A DNA stretch of 64,000 nt from Candidatus Bathyarchaeota archaeon (GCA_963775685.1 CAVZJV010000014.1:544001-608000); one strand, 5' to 3'. Positions 1-11,733 are shown, counted from the stretch's first letter. Numbers and translations: made by a program. The notes: generated by a model from the letters alone, not told the origin.

Positions 1-1129
1 GTTAGAGAAAAGGCTTTTATTTTCAAATTGAAATATACCGTTAGGTGCGGTTTAAGCTTGGGTTAACTTAAACGAATGCGAAATATTCAGGAAGAGAGAG
101 AAGAACAATTCACGTAACGTTTAAGTCAACCCACGCCTGGTTCAGGATTAATGCATTTAATAATAAATAGTGATGTGGTTGTGCTTTTGCAACAACAATT
201 TTAGTAAAAATGGTATTTGTAACGGAATATTATAAACTAATCACTACTGAACATACCGTCTAAACACCCATTTATAAGGGTGCGTTGACGCAAAGCATTA
301 ACCTTATTGACGGAACAGAAATCTTTACTCTCAACACATATAAAAGCGCATTTACACTCTACCAGCAGCCATCGCAAACGGCTTTGCGACATTCTTTGAC
401 GACTACGACAATCTAATTTATACCACAGGTAGAAGACCAAGCGTTACAACAATATACGCTCCAAAAACATCAAACGAAATAGGCAAATCGCTAATTATCG
501 AGGCACATTAAGTGACATTTCTGCCGGCACAAAGCAATCTCCGCAAGCAGTTGTTTTTCCCAGCTGAGTGTCAGTTACATCTGATCCAATCAAGAAGGAA
601 GGGATGTGCTATATTTACGAGGAAAAACCGTTGCCCAGCAATTTCAAGTCGTTGACGTCATAGTCGACGTCATCGATTCCAACTGTAACCTCCGAAACAT
701 CGGCATAGCAAAAACTTGACTAAACCGGAAATGTATATTTTAACGTGGAAACTCGAAATTACTGGCAGCCAAAGTTATTGCAACTTTCCAGGACACTAAC
801 GGAACTCCCCATTATCTTCAGAAACCAACTTTGTATTGATCAAGCCGCACCAGCAGCAATGCCAGCCGGCTACTGAAGCAGTATTGATGGCTAAACAACA
901 CTTTTGTTTCAAAAGTTGCAGCAATAATCGTAATTATCATAATAGGATTTGCTGAGATAGAGCTCCTAACAGTCAGAAGGCTACCAAAAATCAAACACAC
1001 AAAGACACCTTCTCTTTTACTTTTTTATAGAATATTAATATTTAATAAAGATCTCATTATTTTTAGTCGTGGCTTCTTTTTTCAGCAAAATCTTGGTTGC
1101 GTCTTTTGCAGAAACTATGTTATTCTATA

Positions 1130-1410
1130 TGATGCCGGCAAGATTCTCCTCTTCAATGATCAGTAATTCTGCATTGAGTTCTCTGAAGGATTTAGAATGC
1201 TTATTCCGTGAGCGGTGACAACGTAAGCTACATTGTTTTTTCCACTATTTTTTCTTCAACAAAGCCCTGCTTTAAAAGAAAGCCCAGGCATTGTGTTTAT
1301 ATGTCGCAGTTCATGCTTGCCTTGTACATGATGTAAGTTAACTTCAAAGGACCTCTTTGTGATAGGACCTTTAGAATATCAACGTACATTTCTAATTTTG
1401 AACGGCACAT
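1130..1410 (-). pseudogene. Degraded winged-HTH regulator (HTH_45/ArnR-like)
   Basis: Manual translation from ATG 1410: MCRSKLEMYVDILKVLSQRGPLKLTYIMYKASMNCDI*TQCLGFLLKQGFVEEK, then frameshifts; similar to intact 52355-52615. 3' end approximate. Confidence 0.7.
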
Positions 1411-1870
1411 TCTTATCCGTCTTAACTTAAACTGAAAATTGCAATTAACGTTGTGGGCGTTGTAGACTGCATTTGCATTCGAAATATAGTTCTACTGGGC
1501 TTCACAATTCCGTTGATTTTCAAAGTTTGATTCTCGAATCCAAAACAAGTGATAAGCTATAACAGTTATGTCAATATTGCTAAGTCATTAAACAATCTAA
1601 TTCGCTTCATTTGAAACAACTTGGAGCCTCAGCCCATCACCCTAACAACATAAGAAGCAAACTAACGAACTATCGTATGATATAGTTAGAGGTAAGTAAG
1701 AATGAATTTATGAATTGAAGATGTTAAAAAAGATAAAAAGAGACAGTGTCTGGAAGTTAGGCATATTCCTTTGCTGATGTTGAGTTTTTCACATTTCCGA
1801 AAAGGTTAATGTTACCTTAAATTCTGACAGGCACAATTCCAACTAAAAAAAATGAAGGAAAGATTAGGGT

Positions 1871-2953
1871 TTAGGTTACCGCTGTTGTTTGATCAATGAT
1901 CTTGGCCATTGGAGCATTATTCTTTACTGAGGCTATACCGTTTTCGGCTGACTCTCTTGATAGGTAGGATTGGCTTGCAGCAATTATCTCGCGGTTAGCA
2001 GCTTTCAGATTGAAACGGAACTTACCGGCAGCATCACAATGTATTTCAAAAGCAGGATCTTGTATAATCCCTTTGTTAGCAGACTCTGGCATATTTTCTT
2101 TCGCGGTGAAATCAGAGATCTTAGCTATTGGAGCATTCTTTTTTATTGAAGCAATACCCTTCAGAGCGGACTCTTTTGCCCCGTATGATTGGCTTACGGC
2201 AATTATCTGCCCGTTACCAGCTTTTAGATGGAAACGGAACCTACAAACTGCATCATAAAAGACCTCAAAAACTCCGGTCACTTTTGCAACTATTGGCATC
2301 TGCTCAGTTATCATTTCGGTGGGTGGCAAAGGTTCAGGTGTCGCCTCAACTACCGGCACGACCTCAGGGCTGGGCATTGGTTCTGTTGCTTTTTCAACAA
2401 CTGGTATGGGTTCAGCAGGCATCGACGCGTCTGGAGTTTTCTCAGCGATATGAGCCATCTTGGTGTGATCATCCATAGCTTGCTTGGTCATAAAGCCCAT
2501 CCCGCAAACAGGACAAGTAAGCTCGATATTTGGCATAAGTACTCTGTCCACAACATGGACTATACCGTTGTCCGTTATAACGTCTGTATTTACAATGTGT
2601 GCATCATTATTGATTACAGGGTTCATATGAAAATGCCATTTGCTTCCATCAATCTGAATTTCCTGACCTTGGATAGTTTTAGCGGTCTTCATTAGACCTA
2701 TTTCGTCAACGGTAAACTTTCCAGGAACAACATGATACATTAGAATCGCCTTAAGCTTTGGAATATTCTTCAATAGTTCATCAACTGACCCAGCGGGAAG
2801 CAATGAAAAAGCACGATCATCTGGCGTGAATATTGTGAATGGACCTGAGCCTTTTAACGTTTCAACTAATCCTGCAGCTTTTACTGCCGCAATAAATGTT
2901 TTGAAACCTCCAGCTGCAATAGCAATATCAACAATATCTTCCGTCATTTTCAC
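1871..2953 (-). CDS. Fasciclin (FAS1) + C2H2 zinc finger + Pro/Glu linker + tandem YegP/DUF1508 fusion protein
   Basis: FAS1 motifs GPFTIFTPDDRAF, YHVVPG, NGIVHVVDRVL; CPVCG-x8-HTKMAH; two FRFxLKAxNxxIIAxSQSY...GIASxKxNAP repeats. Confidence 0.85.
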   Translation of the reverse strand: MKMTEDIVDIAIAAGGFKTFIAAVKAAGLVETLKGSGPFTIFTPDDRAFSLLPAGSVDELLKNIPKLKAILMYHVVPGKFTVDEIGLMKTAKTIQGQEIQIDGSKWHFHMNPVINNDAHIVNTDVITDNGIVHVVDRVLMPNIELTCPVCGMGFMTKQAMDDHTKMAHIAEKTPDASMPAEPIPVVEKATEPMPSPEVVPVVEATPEPLPPTEMITEQMPIVAKVTGVFEVFYDAVCRFRFHLKAGNGQIIAVSQSYGAKESALKGIASIKKNAPIAKISDFTAKENMPESANKGIIQDPAFEIHCDAAGKFRFNLKAANREIIAASQSYLSRESAENGIASVKNNAPMAKIIDQTTAVT

Positions 2954-3392
2954 CTCCTCTTAAGAATCTTCAATTGCTTACAGTATTTAGTATATACTAA
3001 GCAAGTTAACATTGAATAGCTACACATAAAAGGTGATGTGATTGTGATGGAACAGGCACAAGATTGCTTATTACATTCAATAACCTACTGCTATGTTGAA
3101 AGTTTTGCGCTCGACTATACTTGACTAGTTAATTGTGCAGGTTGCTAAAAATCAGAAATGGAAAAACAAAATAGCGCTTGCTTACAAAGAAACTTTAAGG
3201 AAAGTTTCTTTTTTCTGGAGAAGCAGTGCTCCAAACATTAAAAAAAATAAATGGTTTAGAACTGAAAAAAGAGGCGGGAAAAAGTGGGGTCACTAAAAGT
3301 CAAAACTCTAAAAGAAAATATACTATACCACTAAAATCAAGCATTTACTAGAGCGAGCCGCGCGCGCTGAGCTTTTATTATTGCATTGAGAC

Positions 3393-3689
3393 CTATTTTC
3401 TAAATTCAGTAATTTCGTTGCTTTCACTTAGCTCTTTTAGCGATGGAGACACGCTCACAACATCGCCCACAGCTTGCACCATCCTAATAGGCATATTAAC
3501 TTTAGAGCTCCTAAACCGTTTCTTGAATCCAAGCTCTTCAGCTGCAGTATCCGCCAACTTCACGTGCAATGTGGCGATATTCCATGTTTTTTCATCGATG
3601 CTTGCACCCTTTACGTCGCCCAGTATGTATCCTCCCGTTCCGATAACTTTCTTACCTAGTAATGTTTCAAAACTGATCAAGCTGCCCAC
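3393..3689 (-). CDS. PRC-barrel domain protein
   Basis: LLGKKVIGTGGYILGDVKG...VQAVGDVV pattern. Confidence 0.8.
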   Translation of the reverse strand: MGSLISFETLLGKKVIGTGGYILGDVKGASIDEKTWNIATLHVKLADTAAEELGFKKRFRSSKVNMPIRMVQAVGDVVSVSPSLKELSESNEITEFRK

Positions 3690-4388
3690 CAGTAGTAACC
3701 TATAATTAACTTAATCTTTAAAGTTTTCGAAATACGCTTGAACTTCATTCCAGATTACGACACATGGCCAGAAAAAATCAAAATGCACCAATATATTTCA
3801 TAAAGTAACCTTGGAAGTCTTCTTTGCTCTATGGAAGTAGTGTTTCTAACCTTCAAAAACATAAATGGTTCATTATGGTTTCCAGTAACCGCCTTAAAAA
3901 TAGTAGAAACGAAAACACGCCAGACAAACTCAAGAAGCAAAGCGCGAGACTGCGCCTTAAAAAATATTGAAATAAGCGTTTGTTCTTCACGTTGATTTCC
4001 ATACTCATAAGGCAATATTGCAAGTTCCTTGTTTAAAACGACTTATGCCTAATTTAATTCTCGCTTTTAATCAAAAAGGCTGAAACTCACTCTTTTAAAA
4101 GACTAACTATCTTTTCCCTCTTTGTTTAATTGCAAAAAGAATGGATTCTTGTCTAATTATACAATCGACCAAATTCTGGTTTGGTAAAACCAGGCTTAGA
4201 TAGATAAAGAATTTTTGTATTTTTGCGTTCCTTTTTTTAATCTCACAATTTCAAAACATCTAACTATAAAAAATAATTGACCATACGAGTCAGACTTGGC
4301 TGTTTGGATACCATGTTAGGAACATATAGCTCCGGCGAAGAAAAAATAAATAATAATAAAAAAAGGAAAAAAGGTTTAGGTTTTGATT

Positions 4389-7055
4389 TTATGCCCGTTT
4401 TCTAATTGACAGCAGTGCTAGAACTGCTCCAACTAATATTATTACAACTATTATTGCTGCAACTGCTGGCATGAAGTAAGTTTCAACCATCGACACTGGT
4501 TGAGTGGACGCTATTGGGGTAGCTATCGGTGCTTCATCTGCGATAAAGGCTGTTTGCGCTGAGGAGCCATAGTACGAGTTTGTACCTTTGAAAGTTGCAA
4601 TAACGGTGTATTTGCCTGCAATGTCTGGGGTCCATCCAAAGCTGTATGTGCCACTTGCATCGCTTATAGTGCTGCCTATTGTTCTATAGTTTCCGTTTGA
4701 GTCGACAACGTTGATTTCAACATTGATACCTTGGATATTTGTCGGCTTTGCGAATTGCTCGTAAACGTAGCTCATCCAGCTGGTCATGTTTCCGTCTGAA
4801 ACTGCAGGTACTCCATTTGGGAATCGTAGCTGTATAGGGGTTTGTTGCGTGCCTGGTGAGACATCAGTTACTGTTCCTCTTACAACAATGCTATTTCCAA
4901 CTGTAACTCCTGACAGTGGAGCATCAACGGTAACGGAGCTTGGGCCTTTGCCGAGTGCATAGATTTGTTGGTCGTAAGTGTTCATGGCTGCAATTATGCT
5001 GTCTCCAATGATTGGGTATCCACCCCAGTGGGTTCCACGTAACAATCCATCGGCTCTCCAGATGAGATCGCCTGTTGTTGCATTGAGGGCAATCATTGGT
5101 GCATCGGGTGGTAGAGATTGTTCGTATCCTGAGTGTTCAGTGTGGATTACATAGATCATTCCGTCTGCAATAAACATGGGATACAGCGGCCATTGTGAGA
5201 AGGTTGAGCCTGCAGCATATGGGTTGGCTGCTGTGTAACTCCATAAGAGTTTACCAGTCAAAGTATCGTAGCAATATAGGATTCCTGAGTAGCCGGCGGT
5301 ATAGTATTTACCGTCATAGATTTGGTTAACTGAACGGGAAGATGTCCCGGCGAGGCCCATAGTGTAGAAGTCTAAGTAATCGTGAGGTTGGCTTATCCAC
5401 ATGTAGTCTCCAGTTTCGGTGCTGAAAGCATAGTCTTGCCTTGTTTCTTTTTCACCGAAGACAATTATGCCGTTTTTAGATATGTCGCTTGTTGCTTGCC
5501 ATGCTATAGTTACGTTGCCTTGGGTCCAGTCTGCTGGTGGTGCCCAACTTTTACTGAATAGTAATTGTCCTGCGGTGCTCGGTGCTATGCTTATTGCCCA
5601 TAGGTTGACTCCTGCAGATGATGCTGAGCCGCCGAGTATTCTGTCATTTTGGACTCCATAGACTGCGCCAGGCAAGTTGGTGGGTATTGATACATTCCAC
5701 ATGAAGCCAGCATATCCTGTTGGCGTTAGGTAGTAGCTTGCAGGTTGTCCATTGAGGGTTGTTCCAGCGAGGCCAGTTCCGTTAACGATTTTTCCATCAG
5801 CGATCCATTGTTCTATGTCGGTGGAGCCAATTTCTTGGCTATTGTATAGAGCTGGTATGTTGGTTGAGTTCCACAGGGTAATGAAGCCTTTCGCTAAGTT
5901 TGTTGTGTAGATGAGGATTTCTCCGTTTTCGCCGAACACAGTGTTTCCTGAGGGAACACCATAAATAGCGTATACGAAGCTACCAGTGTATGGGTCAAAG
6001 GCGCACCATGTTGTTCCTGCAGTTGAGGGTAATCCTAGGAGGGGCAATGTTGCGCTGTTTGCTGTTGTCCATAGATATGGGTAGGTGCCGAGGAGGTTAA
6101 TTGAGTTCCATTGCATTAGTTGTCCGCGTGTTAGGGTGAGATTGTTGAGCAATGTTTTTGACCACAAAGTTTGGCCTGTGTGCAGGTTTACAGCGGTGAT
6201 TTGATGTATCTTTGAAATGCTTGGATATTCGTCGTAGTAGAGGTTTCCTAGCATTATAACACTGCCTAAGAATTTGCCTTGGTATGCGTCTCCTATTGTC
6301 ACTCGGTCGTTTGTTATGTCTCCGATAATTGAGCTCTCTGCTCCTCCGATGAGACCGCCACCGGTTAGGGGTCTACTCCAAAGTATGTGTGGTGCCTGCG
6401 GAGCAAAGTCGTTACCCCATGCGATGCGGTTGTAGGTGCCTGCATTGTTGGAAGCAGGAAGCCAGTTACCTCCAATGTTTTGCCAACTTTGGAATTGGTC
6501 GTTTATGGGACGAGTCCAGTATTCAGTTGGAAGTGGCTGGCTTTGGTAGCTGGGTATTGGTTCTGTTTGAACTGTTAATGTAACTGCTTCACTTAAGCTA
6601 GCCAGCATTGTCGTCCCGGCTGGAATAACCAGACCATTGGAGTTTATTGCGGCTGGATTTGTTTGTTGTGGGAAAGAGGACTGTAGAGTGTAGTTGCCAG
6701 CGACCGTGGGTGTGTAAATGGTAAATGACCCCCCAGTCGCATCGGTTCTGAACGGACCAATTGTCTCGTTAGTACCGTCTGGATGTGTAATGGTGACCAT
6801 GAGACCTTCCCAGCCATATTTTGGTGCTGCTAATTGATCAGTAATTCCCAAGCGAATGACGGTCTGTTGACCAACGCCGACAGGATTGGGGGTGGCGCCA
6901 ACGAAAGCATAGGTTTTGAGTTGTCCTTGGGCATCAGCTGTAGATATTGCGAATGCAGAAATAGCCGTTGAAGATAATAGAATCAAAGCCATTATAGTGA
7001 TTATGTTTTTTATTTTGTGTTTTTGCATTTTTATTTTCTCCTTAAATATGCTCAC
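4389..7055 (-). CDS. Secreted PQQ-like beta-propeller surface protein with C-terminal TM anchor
   Basis: Signal peptide, TGxxLW propeller repeats, PLPTEYWTRPI motif, Ig-like C-domain, TM followed by RKRA. Confidence 0.85.
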   Translation of the reverse strand: MSIFKEKIKMQKHKIKNIITIMALILLSSTAISAFAISTADAQGQLKTYAFVGATPNPVGVGQQTVIRLGITDQLAAPKYGWEGLMVTITHPDGTNETIGPFRTDATGGSFTIYTPTVAGNYTLQSSFPQQTNPAAINSNGLVIPAGTTMLASLSEAVTLTVQTEPIPSYQSQPLPTEYWTRPINDQFQSWQNIGGNWLPASNNAGTYNRIAWGNDFAPQAPHILWSRPLTGGGLIGGAESSIIGDITNDRVTIGDAYQGKFLGSVIMLGNLYYDEYPSISKIHQITAVNLHTGQTLWSKTLLNNLTLTRGQLMQWNSINLLGTYPYLWTTANSATLPLLGLPSTAGTTWCAFDPYTGSFVYAIYGVPSGNTVFGENGEILIYTTNLAKGFITLWNSTNIPALYNSQEIGSTDIEQWIADGKIVNGTGLAGTTLNGQPASYYLTPTGYAGFMWNVSIPTNLPGAVYGVQNDRILGGSASSAGVNLWAISIAPSTAGQLLFSKSWAPPADWTQGNVTIAWQATSDISKNGIIVFGEKETRQDYAFSTETGDYMWISQPHDYLDFYTMGLAGTSSRSVNQIYDGKYYTAGYSGILYCYDTLTGKLLWSYTAANPYAAGSTFSQWPLYPMFIADGMIYVIHTEHSGYEQSLPPDAPMIALNATTGDLIWRADGLLRGTHWGGYPIIGDSIIAAMNTYDQQIYALGKGPSSVTVDAPLSGVTVGNSIVVRGTVTDVSPGTQQTPIQLRFPNGVPAVSDGNMTSWMSYVYEQFAKPTNIQGINVEINVVDSNGNYRTIGSTISDASGTYSFGWTPDIAGKYTVIATFKGTNSYYGSSAQTAFIADEAPIATPIASTQPVSMVETYFMPAVAAIIVVIILVGAVLALLSIRKRA

Positions 7056-7832
7056 TCTTTTGAGAAAGCAAACAATAATGTTAGGTTATAGACTTATAAC
7101 ATTTCTTAAGATTAACAAGATTCAACCCATAAAAACTCCCAAAAGTTTCACTATATAGCTTGTTATGATATCGTGAAAATCGTTAAGGCACAAGAAAAGG
7201 GCAATTCTAACTTCATCCTCTTTTAGGTGAATGTCTACCACAGCGCAATCGTGGTTTGATGTCTCATGGAAGGAAAATGGAATGCAGCATATTTGATTTA
7301 TGTTGCCAATAGCCGCATAATTAACGAAGCAGTAATTGTGGTCTTGTAAGAGTCCAATCTATAGTTGTCTGTGGACTTGTTTCCAAAACTCAAAATCACG
7401 ATTAATTTCGCGAACGGAATCAAAGAAAACATTCACATGATAACCACGCCGTTTCCTTACAACAAGAGACTTAATGTTCACTCTAACAAGTTTCCTTAGA
7501 AAATATTTAATTCATTTTTTAATTCTGCCCGCCTTTCGTTTCTGGGTTTCTGATTCCGTTAGAATATGGCTTTTTTTGCAAGTAATCAAAGTCATAAAAT
7601 ATTTTTTTGATGCCCCAGGTTGGGCTTTGTCTTTTTCTGATTAAACACGATAAATGCCGGTTCCTTATTTTCTGCGCATTCCTCGATGAATGGAAATATG
7701 TCTGCGAGGTTGTCTGCGAACCTTCTTTTCAGGTTCCCAAAATCTATTTCGAAATATTCCAAGAACTCTGGAAGAAACTGTTCTTTTATTATGTGGGTAT
7801 CCAGTACTTTTCCCTACAAACTTCTAAAGGTC

Positions 7833-8444
7833 TCACCATTCATCTCTTTTGCTAACGGCTTGTTTCTTTAGGTCCTCTTCTATATCCTGATAGATGTTTT
7901 TTGCGGTCGATGAAACCACTGTCAAACCATCACCTGCAACACTCTTCACAGTGGGTATCTTCACCAATCTTTCTGCTCTAGTTTGCGGTATATACTCAAC
8001 AGTAATTTCTTTCGATGAAAAGTTTAGCTTTTCACCTGAGTACCAAGGCTCATACATTTCGACTCTAATTAGATATTTTCCTGCCCCAATGCCTTTCATA
8101 TCCAAAAATTGTGGGACCTCCAAGCTTTCGCCTAGTAGTAAACTTTGTGGGATATTAAGCGATGTTGATTTGAGCAGATGCTCTTCGAAATATAGATCCA
8201 GAGCTATTTTTGAAAATGACGCGTTTGAAGGCATTAAGCTAAATTCAATCTTAAGTGCTAACTCGTCTTCTTTAGTTGTCTTGGAGATGCGGTTAATTAC
8301 TATTTCTTTTATTGGTGTGTTTGCTTCTTTTGTCCTGTTAATGTTGAATTGAAAAGAGAGGTCGTCTAGTGTTGATTGTTTTGCCTGTTTTATGGCGAGC
8401 TTCATTATCTCTCTTTTTTGCTGATTCTTAGTTAAGTTACCCAT
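7833..8444 (-). CDS. Hypothetical protein (Ig-like domain)
   Basis: 203-aa ATG ORF with protein-like composition. Confidence 0.7.
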   Translation of the reverse strand: MGNLTKNQQKREIMKLAIKQAKQSTLDDLSFQFNINRTKEANTPIKEIVINRISKTTKEDELALKIEFSLMPSNASFSKIALDLYFEEHLLKSTSLNIPQSLLLGESLEVPQFLDMKGIGAGKYLIRVEMYEPWYSGEKLNFSSKEITVEYIPQTRAERLVKIPTVKSVAGDGLTVVSSTAKNIYQDIEEDLKKQAVSKRDEW

Positions 8445-8997
8445 ATTTTGTCAATTATTTAGTTTTACTTAATAGTATATTAGGTTCTTTCTTCGGTTAA
8501 TAATTGGATGTAACTTCTGCAGTTTTTGTTTTTGATTTGAAAAAGTAAGAAACAGCAACTTTAGAAATAGTCGTAGCTATTTCTTTTTTCTTATACTTAT
8601 TGAGGCTTCGTAAGGGAAAAATTGTTTATTAGTTAAAGAGCTAATATCAATGACTCCAGATCCATCCTTGAATACCAATGGATATTCCACGACAAGTATC
8701 TTAACAAATTCTTCCAAAGCATGCTTAGCTTGAGTATGCTGGATTCCCTCTGGCTCTGAAGACAGTTTCTATCACCTAGTTAAACTTACCCTAATTTTGC
8801 CTTTAAGCCTTTGCTTCCTTTGACTAACTAACGTCATTCTTAGTAGGAGATATTACACAAGGGTAACGTTGAAATAAAAAAATAAACTTCAGAAAACGAA
8901 AAAAGGTCTCTATAGGCAATCGATTGTAAAGAACTTAGAAGAATGTCCGGTCGATCTCAATTGCCGATCAGATCAGGGCGGCCATTTACACTTTAGG

Positions 8998-9615
8998 CTA
9001 AGACTCTTGATAGTCAACTGTTAGCTTACAAACCAACTCATAATGATATGGTCCTGCATCGATTTGTTTAATGACACAAAAACCGTTCTCGCCAAGAACT
9101 CGATTGGCCTCATCTTCCAAGAGGCGTTCTTTAAATGGCGGTCCATGATCAGTTTGGATCTTCTTCCAGTCTACATCAACAATCGTGGCTGTTGGTTTAG
9201 ATATGCGTCTAACTTCTTTAAAGAACACTTTCTTATCCGCTACCTCATGCAAAACGTTAGCGAATAAGGCAAGGTCAACGGATTCTTTCGGAATTCCAGT
9301 ATGGCACACATCGCTATTTACTGTTTTTATGATATTTGGGTTCACTTCTGAGTTGGCAATGTTTTCTTTTAAGCCATTTAGCATTGTCTGGCTGCTATCA
9401 ACAGCGTATACTATGCCTTTTTCTTCTGTCATCTGAGCCATTGGTATAGTAAAAAAGCCAGGTCCCGAACCCAAGTCTACTATAACCATTCCTTTCGTTA
9501 CCCCTATCTCGTTTAGAAGGGTTTGTGGATTATGCCATTGCTTTCTTTCTTCAGACATTAAGAACTTGACAAGGTCAATATGAGGGTCAATATGAGGGTC
9601 AATATGATGTTCCAT
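8998..9615 (-). CDS. Class I SAM-dependent methyltransferase
   Basis: VDLGSGPG motif I, AVD, VLHEV; N-terminal HIDP repeat. Confidence 0.9.
   Translation of the reverse strand: MEHHIDPHIDPHIDLVKFLMSEERKQWHNPQTLLNEIGVTKGMVIVDLGSGPGFFTIPMAQMTEEKGIVYAVDSSQTMLNGLKENIANSEVNPNIIKTVNSDVCHTGIPKESVDLALFANVLHEVADKKVFFKEVRRISKPTATIVDVDWKKIQTDHGPPFKERLLEDEANRVLGENGFCVIKQIDAGPYHYELVCKLTVDYQES
9573..9607. repeat. 12-bp tandem repeat (GGTCAATATGAG, ~3 copies) encoding HIDP
   Basis: Visible directly at the 5' end of the methyltransferase gene. Confidence 0.85.
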
Positions 9616-9625
9616 TACTAACTCC

Positions 9626-10150
9626 TCAACTTTGCCTCTTTGGGTTCGAGCGTTTTTTGGTTCGCCACGTTAAGCCACTATAAATCGTAAACGCTAAAAG
9701 AACCACAAAAACCGCTGCCTTGATGACTGTGAAATCTATGATGGCAGAGTAAAGTGCAAATGTTGCTGGAAATGCCCCGATGTATAGAGTGTAGAATATT
9801 GCTGTGGGTAGTTTGTAGTTGTATTTGTAGTCTTTGAAGATGCGTTTGCCAAAGTATAATGCTGCTAAGCGTCCCATGCCATGAGTGCATTTTATGCAAT
9901 TGTAGCATGGACGCAGGCAACCAAGAATGTTCAGCAAACCATAAATTAAGATCAGCGTCACTACAAAAAATACAATACCGGCAGTTAAATCAAATAGTAG
10001 AAAAGCGACTGCGTCAAGAATAATCCATAAGAAAAGCGCGAGGTTGCCGTATATAACTAATTTTTTGGGGAAGAAGATTGGTCGACCATTTTTTGGTTCT
10101 GCCATGCGCGGCATATTGCAGTAGATGGGATATAAGGATTCTTTTAACAA
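9626..10150 (-). CDS. Membrane protein with CxxCxxCxxC motif
   Basis: Four hydrophobic segments; CLRPCYNCIKC. Confidence 0.75.
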   Translation of the reverse strand: MLKESLYPIYCNMPRMAEPKNGRPIFFPKKLVIYGNLALFLWIILDAVAFLLFDLTAGIVFFVVTLILIYGLLNILGCLRPCYNCIKCTHGMGRLAALYFGKRIFKDYKYNYKLPTAIFYTLYIGAFPATFALYSAIIDFTVIKAAVFVVLLAFTIYSGLTWRTKKRSNPKRQS

Positions 10151-10244
10151 CCACTATTAATATTGTAGCATAAAGAGAATAACAAACTGGAATTTTGGCG
10201 TGGAGTTGTTCTCCCGATCAAGTCAGAAGCAACCGGTTATTAAA

Positions 10245-10281
10245 AGAAGAAGAAGGTTGAAAAATTTGCTCTTCTTCTTCT
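10245..10281. repeat. Palindrome AGAAGAAGAA-N17-TTCTTCTTCT
   Basis: Perfect 10-11 bp arms; same arms and spacer as 14805-14841. Confidence 0.8.
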
Positions 10282-10333
10282 ACCAATAAGATGCCTATCG
10301 ATCGGGGGTTTAGCGGAGGATTTGAGAGTTGGG

Positions 10334-10807
10334 TTAGTTATTGGCGGATAGTTTTTGCGATAGTTTGTAGCCGCAGGTTCCGCAAAGCAACCCCCATGAA
10401 TCATCAAACAAAGTAAACAGCCAGCCAGACCGCTGCTTTACGCCGCAAACAACACAAGACTCCACAGTATAGTCTGAGAGTACCCTGGTCAGTTCCTTGG
10501 TTTTAAGCAAAAGATATTGTGTTTCGACTTTGACGGGGTAGCTCTCGGGTGGATCGGAGCTTTTTTGGCTTCCATTATCTTCCCGGGGAAGATGAATTTG
10601 GCTATTTCCATCAAAGAGGCAGCCATTGGGTTCGGATGGTACCTTCCCATCGGCGTTTGGTTGTGTGGAGGGTTTGGTTTTTCTAAGCCGCTGTTTTGTG
10701 TATGGTTGAGGTTTGTTTCCTCTGGGTTGCTGACCATTGAGTGGTTTTTGGGTTAAAAAGCCAGGGCCCCATTTGACAGTGCTACGGGGAAGATGCTGTT
10801 TAGCCAT
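10334..10807 (-). pseudogene. Probable gene remnant with C-terminal zinc ribbon
   Basis: CVVCG...CGTCG at C-terminus; N-terminal half looks out of frame. Confidence 0.4.
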
Positions 10808-11136
10808 GTTTTTAGGCTCTGCTGGTAAAAGAGGCAGATTTCATATTCACTTCCGAGATGGGCAAGATAATTGGGCTTCTCTTGCAGCAGCTTGTATTGG
10901 TAGGTTCGGTTGCTGCCGTTTCTTTTTTTAAATATCCTGCTGATGAGAAACAATGACCGATATAGCTATGTTATTAGCTGGAATCACTGGAGTTTCCTTA
11001 ATCGGTAGATTACTTTACTTAGTTCAAAGGTTACGAAGATGCAGATAATTTCTCTTGGCTAAAAAAGGAAGCGGATGCGAGCTGGTTTATTTCCCAAATT
11101 TTTCTTTAGCGGCAAATTCACTTAATTTTTCTATTC

Positions 11137-11733
11137 TCAAAAAGAGCCTGTTTTAACTTCTCCTGCTCGTTCATAGTCTGCGACAATTACACCCTTAGAC
11201 GAAGTTTTACTATCGGTTAGTTTGAACGCAGCAGGAATTGTGCCGTCGCCAAAAAGCCTCTTGCCGGTACCCAGAGTAATAGGAAATATTTTCAGCCATA
11301 ATTTATCTATCAGATCATGTTTCAGGAGCGTTTGAATAAGCTGGCTGCTGCCGTAAACTTGCAAATCAAGTCCATCTTGCTTTTTTAGCTTTTTGATTTC
11401 ATCCACGACATCACCCTCTATAAAGACCAAGTTTTTCCACTCGTATGATTTTAGTGTGTTGGAAACGACATACTTTGTTGCATCATTGATGCCCGGCCAG
11501 TCAGCTTCATGCTGTGGCCAGTATGACGCAAAAATCTCGAACGTTCTTCTTCCTAACAACAAGCTAAAAGGTTGCTTCATCTGTTCACTCATGACTCTGC
11601 CAAGCAAATCATAAAAATAGGGAACCGTCCAACCGCCGTATTTAAAATCGCCCGAAGTATCTTCCTTGGGTCCGCCTGGTGCCTGAATGACACCGTCAAG
11701 AGTTACAAATAATGCAACGATAATTTTCCTCAT
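11137..11733 (-). CDS. Dihydrofolate reductase-like / RibD C-terminal domain protein
   Basis: MRKIIV..VTLDGVIQAPGG, LLGRRTF, GSSQL, LGTGKRLF. Confidence 0.9.
   Translation of the reverse strand: MRKIIVALFVTLDGVIQAPGGPKEDTSGDFKYGGWTVPYFYDLLGRVMSEQMKQPFSLLLGRRTFEIFASYWPQHEADWPGINDATKYVVSNTLKSYEWKNLVFIEGDVVDEIKKLKKQDGLDLQVYGSSQLIQTLLKHDLIDKLWLKIFPITLGTGKRLFGDGTIPAAFKLTDSKTSSKGVIVADYERAGEVKTGSF

Noticed and set aside
237-1000. Short ORFs at the window start
   Set aside because: No recognisable motif; may be decayed gene fragments but cannot be supported
2010-2695. Overlapping plus-strand ORFs, and similar antisense ORFs across the track (e.g. 20281-20715, 48921-49355)
   Set aside because: Shadows of well-supported genes on the opposite strand, with no motifs
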